The notes under the pieces are model-generated. The model did not search any database. It saw only the letters and a program-made list of their open reading frames with translations, and was not told the DNA's origin. A stretch of DNA of 64,000 nt, from the NCBI GenBank assembly GCA_951406725.2, contig OX597831.1, positions 2,914,001 through 2,978,000 of the forward strand. Reading direction: 5' to 3'. The stretch is from Octopus vulgaris. Its lineage: Eukaryota. Position 1 is the first letter of the stretch. Each line of letters starts with the position of its first letter. This document shows positions 25,384-38,192 of this stretch, piece by piece. Both the position numbers and the translations under genes were made by a program.

Positions 25384-25477
<94 letters not shown>

Positions 25478-25657
25478 ATCACGTGAATACATACATACAA
25501 ACATACACGATAGCTGTAGCTTTACTGAATTTCAACTCCGAGTTGCACGTTGCCGCTTCTGTCAAGTGATGACGGGACACAAAGAAAGGCCTTCTCCCCC
25601 AAAAAACTGACGAATGCTGCAACGCAAAACTCGGAGTAAAGACGTGAACAGCTTTCA

Positions 25658-25710
<53 letters not shown>

Positions 25711-25717
25711 ATATATA

Positions 25718-25765
<48 letters not shown>

Positions 25766-25770
<5 letters not shown>

Positions 25771-25943
25771 AAAGTTTACAAAAAAAACAAAAGACGAAGA
25801 CAGGTGGTGTACAAAACAAACAGATGTATTAGTATAACGCTCAGGAATAGAAAAAGTATTTTACGTTTCGAGCCTACGCTCTTCTACAGAAAGGGACACA
25901 GAAAAAACGAGGAGAGAAAAAAATGTGTGCAGTGGGTAACGAT
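25766..25943 (-). mobile_element. Penelope-like element terminal fragment abutting (TA)n
   Basis: Minus strand TTT-CTGTAGA-AGAGC-GTAG-GCTC-GAAAC-GTA-AAA is hammerhead-like. An internally deleted sibling lies at 11498-11588. Confidence 0.6.
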
Positions 25944-25944
25944 C

Positions 25945-26346
25945 TGCGGCCATGCTAGAGCACTGGCTTGAAGAATTTTTGTCGAATAAATCGACTCCAG
26001 TACTTTGTTTTTAAGCGTGGTACTCATTCTGTCGGTCTTTTTGGTCGAACCGCTAGTTTATATGGAGACATAAACACACTAATACCAGTTATCAAGCGGT
26101 GGTAGGGAACAACACTGACACACACACACACACACACACATATATTCACACACACTCACACACGCATACACGACAGGCTTCTTTCTGTTTCCGTCTACCG
26201 AAGCTACTCGCAAGGCTTTGGTCGGCCCGAGGCAATAGTAAAAGATACAACGTGCCATGCAGTGGGACTGAACCCGAAACCATGCGGTTGGGAAACAAGC
26301 TTTTTACCGCACCACAACGCCTCCGCTTCTACATCATACACACACA

Positions 26347-26411
<65 letters not shown>

Positions 26412-26750
26412 ACACACATACATTAAGGCGGCGAGCTGGCAGAATCGTTAGCACGCCGGGCGAAATGCTTAGCGATAATTCGTCCGTCTCTACGTTCTGA
26501 GTTCAAATTCCGCTGAGGTTGACTTTGCCTTTCATCTTTTCGGGATCGATAAATTAAGTATCACTTGCATCCTGGTACAGATCTAATCGACTGGCCCCCT
26601 CCCCCAAAATTTCGGGCCTTGTTCCTAGAGTAGAAAAGATACGCACACACACACACACATATATGTGGCCATACATGCATATATATAAATATGATTGATT
26701 GATTGATTCTAGTTTCAGCTCACGAGCTGTGGCCATGCTGGGGCACCGCC

Positions 26751-26841
<91 letters not shown>

Positions 26842-26998
26842 CAAATTTAATTTAATATATATATATATACATATATATATGTATATGGCTTTTTACATGT
26901 ATATCTCATTTTGTATAATGCCTTTACTCATATGTAATGGTGGAGAACCGGATAGTTGATGTTTTATTGATTTAAGTATGTTTCTCCATTCTCTATTT

Positions 26999-27064
<66 letters not shown>

Positions 27065-27668
27065 TATACATATATATACTGGCGGTGCTCCAGCATGGCC
27101 ACAGCATGAAAGAAATGCATACATACATACACCCACGACGGGCTTGTTTCAGTTTCCGTTTTCCAAATCCACTCACAAAGATTTGGTCGGTCCAAGGCTA
27201 TAGTAGAAGAGCGTGGCATAAGGTGTCACGTAGTCACGCAGTGGCACCTTGTGCCACGCTCTTATTTACTCTTTTACTTTTATTTCTTTCAGTCAGTTGA
27301 CTTGCGGCCATGCTGGAGCACCGCCTTTTAGTCGAACAAATCGACCCCAGGACTTATTCTTTGTACGCCTAGTAGTACTTACTTATTCCATCGGTGTCTT
27401 TTGCCGAACCGCTAAGTTACGGGGACGTAAACACACCAGCATCGGTTGTCAAGCGATGGTAGGGTGGACAAACACAAACACACATATATATATATTATTT
27501 TCGACGGGCTTCTTTCAGTTTCCATGTACCAAATCCACTCACAAGGCTTTGGTCAACCCAAACCTACAAGTAGAAGACACCTGCCCAAGGTTCTACGTAC
27601 GCAGTTGGACTGAACTCGGAACCATGTGGTTGATAAGCAAGCTACTTACCACAGAGCCACTCCTGCGC
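25945..27668. mobile_element. Cluster of OR2-like and Meta-domain SINEs with (TA)n and (CA)n tracts
   Basis: OR2-like (-) 25945-26330, Meta-SINE (+) 26425-26640, OR2-like (-) 27265-27668. Confidence 0.75.
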
Positions 27669-27899
27669 GCTGTTGTGTGTATGTCTGTGTGTATGTGTAC
27701 ACGTCGCGCCCGCGCGCGCACGCCATGCGTTAGATACAGCAAGCGTTTTCCATCACAGACTGTGTCACATTCTGATCATGTTATATAGGATGGTATTGGG
27801 AAATATCGTGTTTATCATTCTGAAATGAAATACTTCAGAAAAGACAGCCTATCCCGTTTTCCTACCCATGACTAAACATGCCCTTTATTGCCGCCGCTG

Positions 27900-28500
27900 C
27901 TGTTAGTATTGTTGTTGTGGCTGTTGTGTTTGATGGTGGTGGTGTGGTGGTGGTGGTGGTGGTGGTGGTGGTGTTGTTGGTGTTGGTGGTGGTGGTGGTG
28001 GTGGTGGTGGTGGTGGTGGTGGTGTTGGTGGCGGTGTTGGTGGTGTTGGTGGTGGTGATGGTGGTGTTGGTGGTAGTGGTGGTGTTGATGGTGGTGGTGT
28101 TGGTGGTGGTGTTGATGGTGGTGTTGTTGATGGTGGTGGTGTTGGTGGTAGTGGTGGTGGTGGTGGTGTTGATGGTGGTGGTGGTGGTGATGGTGGTGTT
28201 GGTGTTGGTGGTAGTGGTGGTGTTGATGGTGGTGGTGTTGGTGGTGGTGTTGATGGTGGTGTTGGTGGTGGTGTTGATGGTGGTGGTGATGGTGGTGATG
28301 GTGGTGGTGTTGGTGGTGGTGTTGATGGTGGTGGTGATGGTGGTGATGGTGGTGGTGATGGTGTTGGTGTTGGTGTTGGTGATGGTGATGGTGATGGTGG
28401 TGGTGTTGGTGGTGGTGGTGGTGGTGTGTTGGTGGTGGTGATGGTGGTGTTGTTGTTGGTGGTGGTGGTCGTCGTCGTGGTGGTGGTGGTGGTGGTGGTA
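27900..28500. repeat. Cryptic (GGT/GTT/GAT)n trinucleotide repeat
   Basis: About 600 bp of in-phase triplets. This is the source of the poly-His and poly-Val ORFs. Confidence 0.95.
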
Positions 28501-28896
28501 ATATCAACGGAGGAGTGGTGTTGAAAAGCAATGTGGCATTTGATGTCATTCGTTGTTGTTGCTTAAACCGCTCCATCCCCGCCCACACCAAACCAAAAAC
28601 CACGATCGAGCAAAATAGAAACCGTGATCAAAAGGCGTTCCAGCTGTGACCGTCTTGATTATTTGGTATTATCAGGGAACTACCATTAATCCAATGCATC
28701 GCATCCCTTCCCATTTATTTCTATCAAGACAAATAAATATGACTTTGAGATCCGAGGGACAACTAAACTAAACTGGCTGCAATTTTTAGGAAGGTCGAGC
28801 GACCACGCAGAGGCTCCCACCTCACCCTTACCCACCCCTAGTTGGCCCCTTATGATATTGTTGTTTATTGTTTGTTGGTAGGGGCAACGGCGCCGG

Positions 28897-29140
28897 CGAT
28901 GGTATTGTTATTATTGATGATGATGGTGATAATGCTGATAGTCATGATGATGATGATGATGATGGTGATAATGTTGATGGTCATGATGATGATGATGATG
29001 ATGATGATGTTGATGGTCATGATGGTCATGATGATGATGATGATAATGCTGATGGTCATGATGATGATGATGATGATGATGGTGGTAGTGGTGATGGTGA
29101 CGATGGTTATGATGATGATGATGATGATGACGATGTTGAT
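28897..29140. repeat. (GAT)n cryptic trinucleotide repeat
   Basis: Direct inspection. Confidence 0.95.
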
Positions 29141-29691
29141 ATCAAAGTTTGTTGCCTTTAACTGTTATTTTCTTTCCCCCTTTTTCCTTGTAGATTCGTT
29201 TGTTTAATATTCTTCAAAGTAATGGCGTAGTTCTATTTGGGTTAGTAAGGAATAAATGTAATTTCTCTAACTAATGAAGCTTGCTCAAAACTAACTGTAT
29301 TTGAACTCTTTTTCCTCTTTCTACTTTTCTCCTGAATTCCCCGTCCTCACCTTCCTCTCGCCTTACATTCTCTCCAATGTATTATTATCGGTTGATCGTT
29401 GTTTTAGTCCCTCTCTCTCTTCTTTTACTGACGAATAGTTTATTTTTTCTATTTCTACTCTCTCTCTCTCTCTCTCTCTTTCTCTCTTTTCTCTCCACCA
29501 CCCACCGACCGACCCACCCGTACTTCATTCTTTCATCCCCTTTCTCTTACACAAGCTCGCCCGAGCTACTTTATAGAAAAAGTAAAAAGAAAGAATAAAA
29601 ATCATAAATAAGAAGAAATAATATCGAAAGGAAAAAAAAGAAACCCCTCTTAAAAAAGACAAACAGATAGAATGAAGAGAGTTTGGTGAAG

Positions 29692-29729
<38 letters not shown>

Positions 29730-29798
29730 GGGACACAGATGAACTAATATATTAGAAACAGTGACAGACAGGTCTGATCTCTTCTCTCTACTTTGCCT

Positions 29799-29832
<34 letters not shown>

Positions 29833-30146
29833 GCTTTCTCTTTGTCTTTCTATCTCTCGTGCACTTGCTGGAACATAAATGTAAAAATAATAATAAAAGA
29901 AAAAAAGAAAAGAATATAAAAAAATGTAGATTAAATGAGTCTAGCAAGACATCAACGATATAAGGGAGGAATAACTCTAAAAGCTGTTTTGAAGCTCACA
30001 CAGTCGGTCCGGCACGTCGATATTTAGAAAGCATTGTAAAAAAAAATTATAAATCTGGAGAAAGAGAGAGAGCGAAGAGAGTGGAGCAAAAAAGAACGAA
30101 GCGATAGATAGAGAGAGAGAGAGAGAGATAGAGAGAGAGAGATAGG

Positions 30147-30205
<59 letters not shown>

Positions 30206-30238
30206 GTAGGTAGGTAGGTAGGTAGGTAGGTAGGTAGG

Positions 30239-30305
<67 letters not shown>

Positions 30306-31323
30306 CAAAGTAGATAGATAGATAGAAAGAAAAGTAGATAGATAGATAGATAGATAGAAAGAAAGATGGATAGATATATAGATAGAAAGAAAGATGGATA
30401 GATAGAGAAAGAGAGAGGAGATACAAAATAAAAGAGAGAAAGCAACAGCAAGAAGAGAAAATAGAAATATAGATAGAGAGGAAAATATGGAGAGAGATAC
30501 AAAGAGATGCAGAAAGAATATAGAGAGAAAGATATATACATAAAGGTTGTTCGTTCCTTCTTCTGAGAACGAGAAACGGACCTTGTTTTCCAAAGTTAAT
30601 GTTTTAGCGTTGGAGATAATTTCACAGGGCAAGGGGAATAAATGCTTTTATTCACAGTTCATTTTTTTCCCCTCCTGTGTAGTTTAGTTTTTCACTGGCC
30701 TGCTTGCCAGTTCAGTTCAGTCTTCGTTTCAACATTCTCAGAGCGTAAATCAATATGACAACCTACACACCCCCATGGGAAACCGTGCGAATGGAATGGC
30801 TTAATCGAAGGCTGGCCAAACAATTCCACCCCCTCCTCCACCTCCTCCTCCTCCTCATATAGTTCTCTTTCTATCGATTTATTTCGCTGCTTTTTTTCTC
30901 CCTACCTCTCTCTCTCGCTTTTTCTCTCTCTCTCTCTCTCTCTCATTCGCTATTTCTAGTTCTCGCTTTCTAACTCTTTTTATATCTATTTTCTATGTCA
31001 TGATATATATACCACTTCTCTCTCTTTACCTCTCTCCTTCTCTATATATAAATCATTCTATCTTTTATATATTTCCTTATCCTTCCCATTATCTCTAATT
31101 TTCTCAGTAACTGTACAAGCCCATACGCACACACTCAGATACACTTTTTTTCTATTTAACTTCGTTTTAATCTTTCTCCACTTCTCTCTTTCTCTCTCTA
31201 TCTCTCACCCTTTTTATCTCTTCTCTTCTCTTCTCGCTGTATTTCTCTTTCATGTTCTCTTTCTCTCTCTCTACTCTTTGTCATCTATATCTCTCTCTCT
31301 ATCTTTTCTTCATATAACTTATT

Positions 31324-31364
<41 letters not shown>

Positions 31365-31574
31365 TTCGTTTTCTTTTTATCTATCTAGCATACTATATCT
31401 CTCTCTCTCTCTCTCTCTCTCTTTATCCCTCTGTGTGTATGCGTTTGTGTGTGTGTATACACGCAGCTCTGATCTTTCTCTAATAAACTCTCTGACATCT
31501 ATTTTTCTCTCTTCGTGTCTCTGATTCTTACTCTGTTTCTATCTATCTGCTTCACCCACCTTTCCTTCTTTGTA

Positions 31575-31605
<31 letters not shown>

Positions 31606-31656
31606 CACCACCTATCTCTATCACTTTGGCTTATGCCAAGCTTGACTGGGCCAAGC

Positions 31657-31696
31657 TATATAAAAACTGCGCTGACTATTTTGCTTCTATCAGTTC
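31657..31696 (+). promoter_or_regulatory. Candidate TATA + Initiator core promoter
   Basis: TATATAAAAA at 31657-31666 and TCAGTT with its A at 31692, within a unique island inside low-complexity DNA. Confidence 0.35.
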
Positions 31697-33467
31697 ACTG
31701 AACAAGCAAGTTTTTTTCCTCTTTCATTATCTTTCTCATTCTCTCTTTCTCTGACTTTATTTATCTCTATAACATTCTCTCTATCTTTTTTTACTCTTTC
31801 TCTCCAAGTTCTTTTTTAATCTTTTCTCTCTCTCTTTCTCTCTCTCCCTTGAGTAATAATCGACTGGAAGTCATCAGGCATGCCACAACCATTACACCCC
31901 TACATCTCTCTCTATATGTTTATATATTATGCTACCAAATGGATTCGTCCCTTTTTATCTCTCTCCTCTCTTCTGCTACAGGAAGGCGCACATTGTGCTT
32001 GCAAAAATCTTTATTTTCGTGTTAGCTGGCAGTGATCGTGGAGGGAAGCGATAATTTTAGCAACTCTTCCCAACCATCAATATTATTGACATAAGACATA
32101 GGAATGGCGACGACGATGATGGTAATGATGATGATGATGATGATATGACAACATCAACAAGAAGAAGAGTAGCGATAGTTTTAATGAGAACAGACTTGAG
32201 CGAGAGAGAGAGTGAAAACAAAAAGGATATAAAAGATAGAAAAATAGAGGTAATGTAACAAGAATAGATTGAGTAAGAGAGAAGAGGAAAGAGAAAGATA
32301 GTAATCAGAATTGAGAGATGGGGGGGATGAGGGGGAATCGACAGAGTGAAGAGAGAGAGAGAGAGAGATAGATAGAGAGACAGACAGAGAAACTGAGCGG
32401 AGGAAAAAAACATAAGATGAGTGAAAGAGAATTGGCAGAATAAGTGAGAGGATAGAGAGAGGGTAGAAACACACAGAAAGAAGTTTAAATAAAGAGAGGG
32501 TTAGTACAGAGAGAGAGAGAGGAAAAGAGCAATGAAATACAAATCTCTCTCCTCTCTGTATGCATACATACACACACATATACATTCATACATATATATA
32601 TATATATATAATTATACACACAGGAGTAACACAAAACAGGAGAGAAACACAACTAAACATAGAGACAGGAGGAATTTATAGCAAGATAGAGAGGAGTAAT
32701 ACGCAAAGTGTAAAATCGGATTTGGTAGTGTTACCAAAGGAAAGAGGAGATATGAGGGGAAAAAAGGGGGAAAAATAAAGAATGAGAGAAAGGAGTGAGG
32801 GAGAGAGAGTTGAGAAAATGGTTTGAAGTTGTTCTTAGTAACAGAAAAGAGAGTTGAAAAGGAGAGATGTGGGAGAGAGAAAGAAATCAGGAATAAGGAT
32901 AAAGAAATATGAGACAAAGATATTAAAGCTAAAAAGGGAGAAAGAAAAGGGAGATAGAAAGGGAGAGAGAGATGCAATAATGATTAGGAAGGAAAAAATC
33001 GAAGGCAGATAGAGGATGAAAGATATGAGAATAGACGGTCGAGAAGGAGAAAATTAAATGAGGGAAGGAGTTTTAAAAAGAAAGGAGGAAAACGATAGGG
33101 AGAGGAAGGAAAATTGCTGGAGAACGAAAGAAGAAAAGAGAGAAACGAGATATGCGGAAAGTGGTTCAAAGTTGTACGATAGCATTTAAATAAGAGAAAG
33201 AAAGAGGAGTGGGAGAGAAAAACGCGGAATGGAGAAGAAGAAGGAAAGAGAGAGAAGGAAACAGAGAATGCGATATAGACAGAGAATGAATGAGAAAATG
33301 AAAGGAAATGGATAAAATAAACAGAAAGGATAGGAAAAAAGAAAAGAAGAAAATGTGAAAGATAAACAGAAAAGGGAAGGTTGAAATAATTAGAGGGGAA
33401 AAAAAAGTGTGACAGAGAACTAGGGAGTTCGGGTGATAAAGAAAGAAAAGAAAACAATCCCTAAAGA

Positions 33468-33757
33468 GAGAGAAAGATAGAGTAAAGAGTAAAAGAGAAA
33501 GAATGAAGAGAGGAGTGAAGAATAAAGTGAGAGGAGGGAAAAGAGAGAAAGATAGAGTAAAAGAGAAAGAATGAAGAGAGGAGTGAAGAATAAAGTGAGA
33601 GGAGGGAAAAAGAGAGAAAGATAGAGTAAAAGAGAAAGAATGAAGAGAGAGGAGTGAAGAATAAAGTGAGAGGAGGGAAAAAGAGAGAAAGATAGAGTAA
33701 AAGAGAAAGAATGAAGAGAGGAGTGAAGAATAAAGTGAGAGGAGGGAAAAAGAGAGA
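33468..33757. repeat. ~67-bp purine-rich minisatellite, about 4 copies
   Basis: Unit GAGAGAAAGATAGAGTAAAAGAGAAAGAATGAAGAGAGGAGTGAAGAATAAAGTGAGAGGAGGGAAAAA. Confidence 0.9.
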
Positions 33758-34081
33758 ATAAGAGATTGAAAAAAAAAGAAGAAGAAAGTCAGGTATGCAA
33801 TGTGAGAGGATGGTAGAAGTAGAAGGATGAGTAGTAAAAATAGACGCAGTGGTGTTGGTATCGGTAGGAGGAGGTGTAAAAAGTCAGTCGGTGAACCAAG
33901 CAAGCAAGCAAGCAAGCGGCCAGCCAGGCGGCTTGCTGAGGCGCGCTCCACTTTAGATTGAGACATAAACAAGCCTTTGCCAGATCGAAACTCGCTCTGT
34001 CGCTTGTGTGCAGAGCAAGAGAAGGAGGAGAGTGTTTGATATTAAATTGTGTTTCTCTCTCTGTGTTCTGCTAAGGATATA

Positions 34082-34270
34082 AGAGAGAGAGGGGGGACCC
34101 ACTGTGAGAATAAGGTAATATAAAGAGACGGACATAGAGAGAGAGAGAGAGGGGGGACCCACTGTGAGAATAAGGTAATATAAGAGACGGACATAGAGAG
34201 AGAGAGAGGGGGAACCCAGTGTGAGAATAAGGTAATATAAGAGACGGACATAGAGAGAGAGAGAGAGAGA
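34082..34270. repeat. ~58-bp minisatellite, 3 copies
   Basis: Unit (GA)nGGGGGACCCACTGTGAGAATAAGGTAATATAAGAGACGGACATA. Confidence 0.9.
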
Positions 34271-34659
34271 AAGATAAAGTGGAATTGAGTGGAGAGAAAT
34301 AGGAAAGAAGGACACAGATAAGAATATTTAGACAGCAATAAGGATTAATAGAGAGACAAAGAAATTATGGTAAAGAGGTAGAATCAAAGAGAGAGAGAGA
34401 GATAGTATAAATTAGGGAGAGGACGAGAAAGGATTACATCAAGAGAGAAAGAGAGAGGTGGGAGAGAAAAGTATGCAAAATAAAAGTAGTTTTATTATAG
34501 AGAGATAGAGAGAACTGGAAGAAGATTAATCAGAAGAGGAGAAAAAACTCGGAAAAAGAATAGAAAACTAGTATGGTGAAAGAGATAAGCAGACTAAGAC
34601 AGCTTGAAGGAAAGAGCATGATAAACACCATCACTCCATTCTCTCTCTCTGTCTCTCTC

Positions 34660-34827
34660 TCTCTCTCTCTCTCACCACCCCTCTCTTTAGTTATTGCTTA
34701 TTGACTCCTCTCTCTCTCTCTCTATCACCACCCCTCTCTTTAGTTATTGCTTATTGACTCCTCTCTCTCTCTCTCTATCACCACCCCTCTCTTTAGTTAT
34801 TGCTTATTGACTCCTCTCTCTCTCTCT
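34660..34827. repeat. ~52-bp minisatellite, 3 copies
   Basis: Unit TCACCACCCCTCTCTTTAGTTATTGCTTATTGACTC(CT)n. Confidence 0.9.
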
Positions 34828-34866
34828 GAGCTGCAATTTTTAGCAACTAATTTTCACCTCCCCCCT

Positions 34867-34909
<43 letters not shown>

Positions 34910-34916
34910 GTATATA

Positions 34917-34957
<41 letters not shown>

Positions 34958-35212
34958 GATTCTATCCAAACTCTCCTTCATTGCATTGTTGTAGTAACTC
35001 TGTTACTAACTCTAAACCAATCTGAAATGGCTCTGCTTAAAATGACATTTCAGTTCGGAGGTTTAGTTTGGAAAACTTTTTTTCTTTTTTCGTGTATATG
35101 ACACGATATTATATTTTATATATATGTCTGTTTGTATGTACGTACATACGCATATATATACATACATACATACACACACACGCGCGCGCGCATCGCATAC
35201 ATACATACTACC

Positions 35213-35252
<40 letters not shown>

Positions 35253-35297
35253 TCAAACACTTCCTCAATTTTCATTTTATACGTTGTATCGTTGTCA

Positions 35298-35339
<42 letters not shown>

Positions 35340-35400
35340 ATATATATACATATATATATATATAATGCACGCATATATAGTATATATAATATTAAAAATC

Positions 35401-35432
<32 letters not shown>

Positions 35433-35474
35433 ATGTATATATATATATATATATATATGTACCTATATATACAT

Positions 35475-35522
<48 letters not shown>

Positions 35523-35826
35523 TAATACATATAAATTATTCCTCTGTTGGCTGTCAGGTGCGTGTTTTGATTATTTTAGTGAAGTTTCTCTCGGCTGACC
35601 TACATTTTAATGGTAAAAAGGTGAGAGGGGGTGGGCAGAAGTGGAGAAGCAAAAGCTAATTTTAAGTCGACAATAACAACAATCATAATGATTATTCGGC
35701 AACAATAACAATAACAACTCTAAACAAATCCACGAAGTAATATTATTTTCATTTATTTTTCCTACTGATCTTCTCTGTCTCTTGTCAGCTTTTTTTCATA
35801 TATATATATACATATATATATATATG

Positions 35827-36142
35827 TATAAAGCGACCTCCGCGCCTTTCTCTGTCTCTGTCTCTCTGTATCTTTCACTTTGTTCTCCTCTGCTGCTACT
35901 GTCATTCTTTCTTTCTCTCTCTCTCTCTCTCTCTCACTTTCGTTCTTTCTGAATCCGTCTCCCACTACCCCTCACTATATATATATATATATATATATAT
36001 AAAGCGACCTCCGCGCCTTTCTCTGTCTCTCTCTCTTTCACTTTGTTTCTCCTCTGCTGCTACTGTCATTCTTTCTTTCTTCTCTCTCTCTCTCTCTCTC
36101 TCTCACTTTCGTTCTTTCTGAATCCGTCTCCCACTACCCCTC
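35827..36142. repeat. ~170-bp tandem duplication
   Basis: TATAAAGCGACCTCCGCGCCTTTCTCTG...GAATCCGTCTCCCACTACCCCTC occurs twice. Confidence 0.9.
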
Positions 36143-36629
36143 GCTATCGCTGTGTCACTGTGTGGTTCACTTCTCTACTATTTAATCTCAGCTATCTTTG
36201 AGTATAATGTGTACATCTGTGTATAGCACAGGAAAAAATAGACGGAGAAAGAGCCAGAGAGAGAGAGAGAGATAAACAAATAGAGTTACAGTAAGAGAGA
36301 GAGAGTAAGACTCACAGAGTGAAAAACATTACAGTGAGAGAGGAGACAGACAGAGAGAGAGAGAGATTTAGAGAGACAGAGACACATAGAGAGTAAAGCT
36401 TTGCCTGATGCCTGCTAGCAAGCAAGCTAGCTGTAGCTACCTTCTTCCTTTCTCTCTCTTTCCACATTTCTAAATGCTGAGACTGTTTTCTTTTCTCTTT
36501 CTTTCTCTCTCTCTCTCAATTTAGCTTTGTCCTTCCTTTTTTCTCTCTTTAGTTTCTGTGTCTCACTCTTTCTCTTTCTCTCTCTTTCCCACATTTCTGA
36601 CTGCTGAGACTGTTTTCTTTTCTCTCTCA

Positions 36630-36900
36630 CCCTAGCTTTTTTTTTTCCTCCCTCTTTCACTCTGTATATCTTTGGTTTCTATGTCTCTCTCTCTCTCTCT
36701 CTCTCCCTAGCTTTTTTTTCCTCCCTCTTTCTCTCTGTATATCTTTGGTTTCTATGTCTCTCTCTCTCTCTCTCCTTAGCTTTTTTTCCTTCCCTCTTTC
36801 TCTCTGTATATCTTTAGTTTCTATGTCTCTCTCTCTCTCTCCCTAGCTTTTTTTTCCTCCCTCTTTCTCTCTGTATATCTTCGCTTTCTATATCTCTCTC
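36630..36900. repeat. ~68-bp pyrimidine-rich minisatellite, 4 copies
   Basis: Unit CCCTAGCTTTTTTTCCTCCCTCTTTCTCTCTGTATATCTTTGGTTTCTATG(TC)n. Confidence 0.9.
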
Positions 36901-37146
36901 TCTGCCTCTCTGCCTCTCTTCCTTTATTCTCTACTCCGTTCACAAGCTAGTGTATAGCTTGTCTTTCGTCTCCCTTCTCCCTGGCTGAGTCATCTGAACC
37001 GGCCAACTTAGAAGGGCGCACTGGTCGTCTTCACAATTATTAACTTCCTGCTTAGTCACGGGAGACAACTACGTGCGGCCTAGCTAAAAAAAACTTTTTC
37101 CTTTCTTCGTCTTTAACATTCTCCTTCTTTCACCGTTTCTAATCAT

Positions 37147-37188
<42 letters not shown>

Positions 37189-37363
37189 TCTTTGTAAATT
37201 TTACCTTCTATCTGTCCTCATTATTTCTCTCTCTCTATCTTTGTTATATAAATATTGTATTGCGCTCTCTATCTCTTTGTTTCTCTTTTCCTAGTGTTCT
37301 GCCACTCCCATGCCGTTATTCTCTTCTACTCTCTCAATACCGAATATACATACATACATACAT

Positions 37364-37412
<49 letters not shown>

Positions 37413-37600
37413 CATATACATCCTCACCTTCCCCTCTTTCTATTTTACTGCACATAAGGCTTTCAGTTCTCTTACTTCTCCCCCCCTCCCTTTCCCCTTC
37501 ATTGTTTTATCCTCCTCCTCTCTCTACCTCTCTTATAATTAATAAACCTTTCCTTTCTTTTCATACACAGAAATTACACACACACACACATATACATACA

Positions 37601-37638
<38 letters not shown>

Positions 37639-37875
37639 TTGTGTGTGTGTGTGTATATATATAAATAAATATATAGAGAGAGAGCCGTCTCTTTCCTTTA
37701 TGTCAAAGCCTGTCTCTTATTACTGAGTGTGATCAGCAGAGCTTCAATTTTTTTTGTTGTTGTTATCAACTTGCACTATATATACTGTCTCTCTTAATCC
37801 AACACAGGCTCTTCTTGCATTTTCACTGTCAACAAATATCTATCTATTCAAGACTTCAAGATACACGTATAAATA

Positions 37876-37917
<42 letters not shown>

Positions 37918-38146
37918 ACATATATACATATATGTATATATATACACATATATATTTGTTTTCTTTTTTTTTTTTGTTCGTTCATTCACCAAGATAATAT
38001 AGACTACTTAATTGTTTCTATATTTATTTATTATTAATCTAATTTCTGATAATGTATTTATCAAACATATAAACATATATGTATGCAGGTGATAACACAC
38101 ACACACACACACACATAAATCTGTATGTAATATGTGTGTGTGTATA

Positions 38147-38192
<46 letters not shown>

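Noticed and set aside
27872-28603. 243-aa His/Gln/Pro-rich ORF (possible His-rich structural or metal-binding protein)
   Set aside because: It is an in-phase (GGT)n cryptic repeat open on both strands, with no ATG start, signal peptide or splice context. It is best explained as a microsatellite.
32020-32045. miR-34-like TGGCAGTG
   Set aside because: Only the seed matches, with no mature sequence or star arm.
37003-37021. CTCF site
   Set aside because: Only the GGGCGC end matches; the 5' half does not align without gaps.
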